Assembly (NCBI GenBank): GCA_964576435.1
Contig: CAZNUP010000002.1
Location: forward strand, 1 to 40,111
Direction: 5' to 3'
Source of the DNA: an uncultured Gammaproteobacteria bacterium
GTDB lineage: Bacteria > Patescibacteriota > Microgenomatia > JAMCZE01
Length of the DNA: 40,111 bases
Part shown: piece by piece, positions 25,620-33,400 of the stretch
Position numbering within the stretch: position 1 is the first letter of the stretch
How the letters are laid out: every line of letters begins with the position of its first letter
Program-made: the position numbers and the translations under genes
The notes under the pieces: generated by a model
What the model was told of the DNA's origin: nothing
What the model saw: the letters and a program-made list of their open reading frames with translations, nothing else
The model's database searches: none

Positions 25620-26332
25620 TTATAGGCAAGGATTAATATATCTCTGCCGTAGGGGTGTTCAGCGCTTAAGTGAAATGGTACATGCGCAATCACTTTAAAA
25701 CCTACTGAGGTAAGAATGTTGTCGAGTGATTGCTGAGAAAATTCGTGCACAGGTAAGATCATCTCTCTATTAGTGGTCAACTTATTAAACTCTTCCTCAG
25801 TAATTACTTCTTGGACTAATTCATTATTTTCGATGTGGTTTTTTTCAAATTGGTCTTTGTCTGATTTGGAATTGCTTGTAGTTAAGATGAAGAGCCCGCC
25901 ATTTTTCAGTGAATTGTAAATACTTTGGATCACGGCGACGACGGAAGCTGTTGGTATATGCTGAATTATATGACTTGAGAGTGCGGCATTTGCTTCATTG
26001 TTAATGGTAAGTTTTTCAGTAGGGATATTCAGGAATTCTACTTTATCTTGGATCCCAAATTGTGAGATGTATTCTTTGGCCCTTTGAATTCTAGCGGCGT
26101 CTGGTTCTATAGCTATTATTTTATTAAAAAGTCCACTAAATTCTGGAATCAATCTTCCCTGTCCGCAACCCGCATCAATGAAAAGTTGTCCACTTTTGAT
26201 AAATTTTTTGGCATAACTCAAGATTTCAGTCTCATCTTGAGCCCAGAACTGGTTTTCTTTTTCTGCTTTTTCAATCGCTTTTAATGTTGCTGCTTCAGTT
26301 GGGTCGGGGTAGGTGAAATTATTGTCTGACAT
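25616..26332 (-). CDS. Class I SAM-dependent methyltransferase
   Basis: Motif I is LFIDAGCGQGRL, with a post-I acidic residue and GGLFILT (motif III/IV-like). ATGA overlap with the downstream SDR gene. Confidence 0.8.
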   Translation of the reverse strand: MSDNNFTYPDPTEAATLKAIEKAEKENQFWAQDETEILSYAKKFIKSGQLFIDAGCGQGRLIPEFSGLFNKIIAIEPDAARIQRAKEYISQFGIQDKVEFLNIPTEKLTINNEANAALSSHIIQHIPTASVVAVIQSIYNSLKNGGLFILTTSNSKSDKDQFEKNHIENNELVQEVITEEEFNKLTTNREMILPVHEFSQQSLDNILTSVGFKVIAHVPFHLSAEHPYGRDILILAYK

Positions 26333-26359
26333 CGCTATATGATATCATAAATTTGTAAA

Positions 26360-27148
26360 ATGAATCTGATTCAATCACTTATTTTGTCAATTGTAGAAGG
26401 TGTTACTGAATTTTTACCTATCTCTTCGACGGGGCATTTACTTTTAACATCTGAAATTCTCGGTATTACTCAAACTGAATTTGTTAAAAGCTTTGAGGTA
26501 ATTATTCAACTGGGGGCAATACTTGCGGTTGTGGTGTTCTTTTTTCCTCAGATGAAGAAGATTTTGAAACTTTGGAAACCAGTGCTTTTTGCTTTTATTC
26601 CAACTGCAGTTGTAGGGCTTTTCCTTTATAAGATAATTAAAAGTATATTTTTTGAACAGATTTGGATCACTATATTTATGCTTTTTGCCGGAGGTGTCTT
26701 TATTCTTGTGTTTGAATATTTTTATAACAAAAGGCTAACTCGAAGTGAAAAGATGGATAAATCTTTGGAGATTAAAGATCTCAATTGGAAACAAGCGGGG
26801 ATTATTGGAGTTATTCAATCAATTTCTGTAGTTCCTGGAACATCAAGAGCACTGGTGTCCATTTATGGGGGCATTTTGACTGGACTATCTCGTGAACAAG
26901 CAGTGGAGTTTTCCTTTCTTCTTGCAGTTCCCACAATAGCGGCGGCTGCTGGACTAGATATGATTAAGAGCAGTTGGAGTTTTACTGGAAGTGAGTGGGT
27001 TAGTTTAGTTGTTGGATTTATGGGAGCATTTGTTTCCGCATTAATTGTGATTAAGTTTTTCCTTAAGTATTCTAAAAATCATAATTTTGTAGTGTTTGGA
27101 GTTTATAGAATTATTCTTGCTATCCTTTGCTTCTTCTTTCTTCTCTAG
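26360..27148 (+). CDS. uppP: Undecaprenyl-diphosphate phosphatase
   Basis: EGVTEFLPISSTGHL and PGTSRA motifs, with 7-8 TM helices. Confidence 0.9.
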   Translation: MNLIQSLILSIVEGVTEFLPISSTGHLLLTSEILGITQTEFVKSFEVIIQLGAILAVVVFFFPQMKKILKLWKPVLFAFIPTAVVGLFLYKIIKSIFFEQIWITIFMLFAGGVFILVFEYFYNKRLTRSEKMDKSLEIKDLNWKQAGIIGVIQSISVVPGTSRALVSIYGGILTGLSREQAVEFSFLLAVPTIAAAAGLDMIKSSWSFTGSEWVSLVVGFMGAFVSALIVIKFFLKYSKNHNFVVFGVYRIILAILCFFFLL

Positions 27149-27150
27149 AC

Positions 27151-27208
27151 AAGCGAAAGTCCCGAGCTTTAACCCGGGACCAAGGCGAGAGTTTCTCGAC
27201 TTTCGCTT
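27151..27208. terminator. GC-rich structured inverted repeat between convergent genes (probable terminator)
   Basis: An 11-bp outer stem pairs AAGCGAAAGTC (27151-27161) with GACTTTCGCTT (27198-27208). It encloses two small hairpins (CCCG...CGGG and CGAG-AGTTT-CTCG). There is no T-run immediately adjacent. Confidence 0.45.
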
Positions 27209-27217
27209 AAACCCTCT

Positions 27218-27418
27218 TTATTTCTTTTTTAATAAAGGAAGGCCTGTTCTTTTGGATTCAATTACTGTGTAACCAACTGGGACTTCTTCAAGACCGTTTG
27301 GTCCAACAGCTCCTGCAAACCAATAGATCACTTGAGTTTTTCCTGACCCTTTGAGATCAACCTTCTTTGTGTGAAGGTAGTAGGTTTTGCCTTTGGAGTT
27401 TTTGTGTGCGTATGCCAT
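27218..27418 (-). CDS. Conserved-looking small hypothetical protein (66 aa)
   Basis: ORF preceded by a strong SD (GGGGGTGA, 8 nt upstream of the ATG). The product is basic and beta-rich. Confidence 0.6.
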   Translation of the reverse strand: MAYAHKNSKGKTYYLHTKKVDLKGSGKTQVIYWFAGAVGPNGLEEVPVGYTVIESKRTGLPLLKKK

Positions 27419-27502
27419 TAACTTTCACCCCCTTTCAAAAATTTCAGATTATATATCTGATTTCTTTATGCGGGGTCAATTTATACTTATTTTTTTGATT
27501 TG

Positions 27503-28690
27503 TCAAATCTGGGGGAGATCTCGAAGCAAATCTTGTCGCATCTTGTCAAACATTTGATACTTTTTTTCTACTTCTCCGGACCACTGATGGTGCCATATAG
27601 ACAATAAAAACTCATGATAGAACTTTTCTGCAACTTGTTTTTTCTGTGGATCCATTGGCACAGTTCTTACGCAGCGAATTAATTCTTTAGCACCACTTTC
27701 AACTAGGTCTGGATGCCACCATGGGAGGTTACTTAGCCAATATGGGTGACATGAGGAAATGCCTTTGTCAAAATGAACTTCAGCTGAATGAACCATGTGG
27801 GAAGGAATTTTTTCGGAACGAGTTTCTTTGAGCGCTTCATATGCCATATCAGCTAATTGATAGTATTTTTTTTGAAATTCATTATCTTTATTTAACCAAT
27901 AGGGGAAGGGATTATTGTTTTCTAGATCTTTTTTGGTTGTTTGCCAAGTTGAGGCAACTATTTGAGAATTTTCTGGAGCATCTTTTGGATTAAGCTCAGA
28001 AAGCTTTACAAAATCAAATTGCTTTTGACCGAAGAGATCTTTTAGGAAATTGATACGTTCTTGATAATGGTGACCAAACACTTCGGCATCGGTTGTGCAA
28101 ATTAATGGACTTTCTAAAGATTGTGCAAAGTTAGCAAATCTATCTGCTTGAAGCTCTGTAGGATAGCTTCTAATGAGTTCAGTAAGCTGTCTGGAATTTA
28201 CCATTAACTTGGTATTTTTATAGTTAAATGCCCCTGGTTTACCAAAAGATGTTTCATCTATAACTACAAAATTTGATAAGTTGCCAAATAATTCAACGGT
28301 TTTTTCGTTGACGGCTAATTCTGGAGGGAAGATACCTACAAAATTTTTAATTCCACAGAAATTTTCTAGAACTTTTTGGTTTTCTTTTAGTTGTCTTTCT
28401 AAAACATCAGGGTGAGTGAGAGGGGAGATGGGATGGTAAACAGGAGAATTTAGAAACTCAACTTTTCCTGACTCGGCAAGACGCCTAAATTTATGGCTTA
28501 AATCATGATTTGTGATTGCTTGAGTCTGAAGAAGGAGGGACCCTGATAAATTTATGGTAACTCTTGCATTTTGGGTCTCTAAAAGAAGATCACAAAGTCT
28601 TAAATAGCAGCTTCTTAGGATTTCTTCAGTAAGGTTTAAGCTTTGAGTGGGGGGCTGATAAAAATGTAGGACGAGAGCGAACTGAGTCAT
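27503..28690 (-). CDS. Glycoside hydrolase family 57 protein (alpha-glucan-active)
   Basis: N-terminal FALVLHFYQPP is the GH57 region-1 type motif. Genomic context is glgP and glgA. Confidence 0.75.
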   Translation of the reverse strand: MTQFALVLHFYQPPTQSLNLTEEILRSCYLRLCDLLLETQNARVTINLSGSLLLQTQAITNHDLSHKFRRLAESGKVEFLNSPVYHPISPLTHPDVLERQLKENQKVLENFCGIKNFVGIFPPELAVNEKTVELFGNLSNFVVIDETSFGKPGAFNYKNTKLMVNSRQLTELIRSYPTELQADRFANFAQSLESPLICTTDAEVFGHHYQERINFLKDLFGQKQFDFVKLSELNPKDAPENSQIVASTWQTTKKDLENNNPFPYWLNKDNEFQKKYYQLADMAYEALKETRSEKIPSHMVHSAEVHFDKGISSCHPYWLSNLPWWHPDLVESGAKELIRCVRTVPMDPQKKQVAEKFYHEFLLSIWHHQWSGEVEKKYQMFDKMRQDLLRDLPQI

Positions 28691-30258
28691 GGATTTGTAT
28701 TATATAGCTTTTCCCAGTAGTCTTTCAAAACACGCTTGGTTGTGAACTGTCCTTCAACGAGTCTTATGGTTCGTTTCATTCTTCCAAGCCACTCACTCGG
28801 GAGGCCTTCGTCGTTTATTTTATAGTAGAGAGGGAAGATTTCGGTTTCTAGGATTTTATAGAGATCTTGTGCTATATGCTCTTCTTTTAGAATCCAACCA
28901 ATGTCATCCCAATTTACTTCAGACATCCAACCATCATTTGTAGAAAATTCTAGATCTCCATTAGCTCCAGCTTTCATTCCTGAAGTACCTGAGGCTTCAA
29001 TACCTGGGGTGGGGGTATTTAACCAAACATCACTCCCAGCGACTAATTGCTGGGCAATTTTTAAATTGTAGTTTTCTAGGAAACAAATTCTGGTAGCTAA
29101 ATTTTTTGCTTCCAGAGTTGCCTTAATTTGATCTTTGATATCTTGGGCATCAGCATCATTGGGATTAGTTTGGCCAGCAATAACAAACTGGACTGAAGGA
29201 AAAAGGGATGTGATCTTTGTTAATTCATCGACATTTTTGAAAAGGAGGTCGGGACGTTTGTAGGAAACGAAGCGTCTAGCCCAGCTAATTGTCAAAGTAT
29301 TTGGGGAAAGCCTAATACCGGTTTCGTTTTCGAGGAAATCTAACATTTTTACTTTGTTGCCTTGATGGAGTTGCCAAAGGTCAAGATCAGAAATTGTCTC
29401 TGGATCAATGGGTTGTTTTTGCCATCGAGTTAGATTTATGCCGTTTGTTATGGTTACTAAATTGCTGTGAGGATGTAATTCTTTTTCTGCTTTGGCATGG
29501 GCAACACTTACGGCGCTGCCAATTTTTGTATAGCGCAAAAGAAAGTTTGTAGTTGCAAACATATCTTTATGAGTGGTATTGGTTCCTAACTCAAAGAGGG
29601 AATCCGTATTTTTGAGGAAGCTTAGCTTTTGTTTAAATTCCTCTTTTGATATATAGAGACCACCACCTGTTAAAACTGTGTGTTTGGTCGCTATGGAAAT
29701 CTTTTTGACTTCGTTTAGTTTTTCAGCATCTCCGTTTGATAACCCAAGAAGAGTCATGGCGGTGTGGCCTTCGTTTAGATGGAAATAGTCAGGAGCGAGG
29801 TTTTCAGACTTTAAGATTTTTACTAATCCGAACCCTAAAACAATTTGTTGAGAAAGCATAATGTCTTTGGTGGGACCATAGAGATGTTTTGTTATATTTC
29901 GATGCGATTCGTTATTTATTGCTATGTCTGTATCTAGTAGATAGACAGTCGATTGATTGTAGGTTTTTTTCCAGACTTGGAACCAAACTTCTTCAGTGCC
30001 TAAGTTAGTTGAAAAATATTTGATATTACCGGAAATGTCCTTTAAAGTTTCAAAGCCAAAAAGGGTAGGATCAATACGGCCTTTTTCGTGGTGAGCATGA
30101 AATCCGTGGCTATAGAAAATTCCAAGCCCAACCATATGAAATTCTTCAGGAGGAGTTTCTAACATTAGGTCGCCAGCTAGGACACCAAGGCCACCTGCAT
30201 AAATGGGCAAGTTATCTTCGAGTGCGTATTCCAAACAAACGTAGGCGACAGTTTTCAC
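28687..30258 (-). CDS. glgP: Alpha-glucan phosphorylase (GT35)
   Basis: VAYVCLEYAL...GGLGVLAGD at the N-terminus and a PLP-lysine motif EASGTSGMKAGANG. The ORF is open to TTG 30297, but GTG 30258 matches the usual N-terminus better. Confidence 0.9.
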   Translation of the reverse strand: MKTVAYVCLEYALEDNLPIYAGGLGVLAGDLMLETPPEEFHMVGLGIFYSHGFHAHHEKGRIDPTLFGFETLKDISGNIKYFSTNLGTEEVWFQVWKKTYNQSTVYLLDTDIAINNESHRNITKHLYGPTKDIMLSQQIVLGFGLVKILKSENLAPDYFHLNEGHTAMTLLGLSNGDAEKLNEVKKISIATKHTVLTGGGLYISKEEFKQKLSFLKNTDSLFELGTNTTHKDMFATTNFLLRYTKIGSAVSVAHAKAEKELHPHSNLVTITNGINLTRWQKQPIDPETISDLDLWQLHQGNKVKMLDFLENETGIRLSPNTLTISWARRFVSYKRPDLLFKNVDELTKITSLFPSVQFVIAGQTNPNDADAQDIKDQIKATLEAKNLATRICFLENYNLKIAQQLVAGSDVWLNTPTPGIEASGTSGMKAGANGDLEFSTNDGWMSEVNWDDIGWILKEEHIAQDLYKILETEIFPLYYKINDEGLPSEWLGRMKRTIRLVEGQFTTKRVLKDYWEKLYNTNP

Positions 30259-30439
30259 TTCTCTTTTAAGTATTAGATACTTTAAAAAAAGAATCAATAT
30301 TTCGAATAACTATAAGATCTTCGCATTTTTACGATAGAGTAGGTTTTTTATCCAACATTATCGTGAAGCAGCTTTTCACCTTGACTTTCTTAATTATATA
30401 TAGTTACCTAATTAGAGAGGCTAATTTGCGCGGCGCAAG

Positions 30440-33400
30440 TTGAGTTCGAAATACATGCAAACTGCTCTAGTTTCCCAGGCACAACTTATTGATCTAGCCA
30501 CGAAGGCGGGGTTTGTTTTTGGTTGGGGAGAGCCGGAGAACCGCATTAGATATTGGAGTACTATCGGTCTTATTCCACATGCAGTTAAAAAAGATGGGCT
30601 AGGACATTATCCTTGTTACACAGTAGATCTTCTTTTAAAGATCCAAGAACTTCAAAAGCAAGGACTACCTTTGGAAAACATTAAAGCAATTGTGAATAGG
30701 GAAGAGATGAGACTTAAGGTTGGTGAAATGCTCAATGGGGAGAGTGTTCCACAAATTCCTGAACCCGTTGTACCTAAACCCAGTGCTTTATATGAAGATA
30801 TCAAACCAGGACGTAAGTATTCAAAAAAAACAATTGCAGTTGTAGCTGGACTCTTATTTTTACTTCTTAGTGTTGGACTTGGTGGAGCTTATGGAATTTA
30901 TAAATTTAGAGAAGCAGGAAATATTTCAGCTGGATCAGTGCTTGCTGGATTTTCGGCTAAGAAGTTTTTACAGTTCAACCCAAGAGTTAAATTTGCAGGT
31001 TCTCCAGATGGTTTCTCGCTCTATGGAGGAGAGGTGGAGAGAAGGCTAACCGTAATTGGTTCTGATGTGGGACTTGATCAAAATCTTACTGCAACTTCTT
31101 CACCAACATTTGCTGGAATTAATCTTCCTGCCACAACTGGTCAGATTGTTGTTGGTGGAACAGGAATCATTACTGCTCCACAAGCAACTGGGACAATTGT
31201 TTTGGATACTGCGACTCAGACACTTACTAATAAAACGATTTCTGGATCTGATAACACATTTTCTAACATTCCTAACTCAGCTCTGTCTAATTCTTCCATA
31301 ACAATTAACACATCTGGATCACTTTCTGGTGGTGGCTCTGTGTCACTTGGTGGATCAATCAGTTTGTCGGCCTCAGGGGGAAGTAGTGGAACAACGAGCA
31401 CGGCATCGGCTGGGTTTTTAACTTTGCAAACATCCGGTGGAAATTTGGGAAATTCGGTGCTGTCCCAATCTGGGGGAACACTGCAAGTTGACGGCTTGAA
31501 TGCCGTCAGTGTTGGCAGCTATTCCTGCGTGATCACCACAAACGGCATTGTCACTGATTCTGGAGCGTGCCCATCTGGGGGCGGTTCAAAATGGCAGCTT
31601 AATGCTGGAGTTTTGGCGCCAAATGATGTGACACAATCGGTGGCTCTCGGAGATACAGCGAGTGCTTCTGCAAAGATTTTCCTGGACGGGGTCAGTGGAA
31701 ATGTTGGAATTGGAACTGGAATTCCTGGTGCAAATCTTCATGTTGTTGGAAAAGCAATAATAAAAGATTCCAATGATAATGTTTTTATTTCCGACGGAAA
31801 CACATATGGTGGGTCGGCTTGGAATGTGGCAATTGGTGCTGGGTCAATGAATGCGCTTCAAGGGAGTGCAGAAAGTAATGTTGCTGTTGGCTACCAGACT
31901 CTAAGATCAATGACTGTTGGCACAAATAATGTTGCACTTGGTAAGCAAGCGCTTTATTCTGCCGTTAACAGTTCGGGTACTGTTGGTCTTGGAGATAGGG
32001 CAGGTTTTATGTCAAATAGTTCTCAGAGTGTTTTTATTGGTACATCGGCTGGATTTTATGAAAACGAAGATTACAAACTTTACATTTCGACTAGCAATAC
32101 TGCCTATCCTTTAATCTATGGCGATTTTAATCAGGCATATGTTGGAATCAATGGCACATTGGCTGTTGGGATAGCGACGCCGTCAGGGACTTTGGATGTT
32201 CGGTCGAGAAATGGAACAATGCCAATTGCGTCAATTTCCGGAGCGTCTTCTTTACCGGCATTAGTTGTTGATAATAGTGTTGGAGATTTGTTTACAGCTT
32301 CTTCTTCCGGACTTTCAAGATTTGTGATTACACAGAATGGAAACGTGGGCATTGGAAGTTCTGTGCCAAATGCAAAGCTGGATGTGCCGGCAAGGGTGAA
32401 GTTTGGCGCGCCTACAGGAAACGCTGAATCAGTTTTCATAAACGGCGGAAATGAAACTGCGTCAGCGGCAACATATAACTTAGGGTTAATGACTGGAGCG
32501 TTGAATTCAATAACTAGTGGAGACTATAACACGGCTGTGGGATACAACGCAGGCTATAGTTTGACTAACACTGGAAACAATGTCTTGATGGGTTATGAGG
32601 CTGGCGCAGGGCTGACAGGGGACCAAAATGTCTATTTGGGAAATTTTTCTGGACCAGGATTTGGTCAAGGCGATGGTAATAGTGATGAAAATATTGCGAT
32701 TGGATATAGTGCTGCCAATAACCTTAAGGGATGGGGAAATATTATTATGGGTGCGCAGGCAGGACAATCTGTCACAACAGGGAATTATAATTTAATTCTT
32801 GGATATGATGCGGAAGTTTCAGGCGGAGCGACAAGTTATTCAATTGCTTTAGGATATTCGGCAACAACAAATGCAAGTAACCAAATGGTGGTAGGAGGAA
32901 GCGGTGGAGTTATTAATGATGTCTATTTTGGAAATGGAGTCACTTCATCTTCGCCAACAAGCCCAACCATTAACGCATCAGGAGGGAGTGGTAATAACAT
33001 AGCGGGAGGCAATTTAACTCTGGCTGGGGGAAAGGGAACGGGCAATGCTGCTGGGGGCGACATAATTTTCCAGACGTCAGACGCTGGAGTGTCGGGATCA
33101 ACTCTTCAATCGCTAACAACAAAAATGACGATTTCTGAACTTGGGCATGTTACTCCAGGAACTGATGATGCTCAAGATCTTGGAAGCAATAGTTTGAGAT
33201 GGAGGGATATATATTTGGGGCCGGCATCGCTGCATATTGGAACAGCGACTGGGGATGAAGGGTTGATCACGTATGACACAGGACTTAATAACACAAATAT
33301 TTCCAGCCCGGGGAATGTGATTATGCAAGCTTCTAGTGGGAACGTCGGAATTGGAACGACTGATCCACAATATAAACTAGATGTTGTTGGGTCAATGAGG

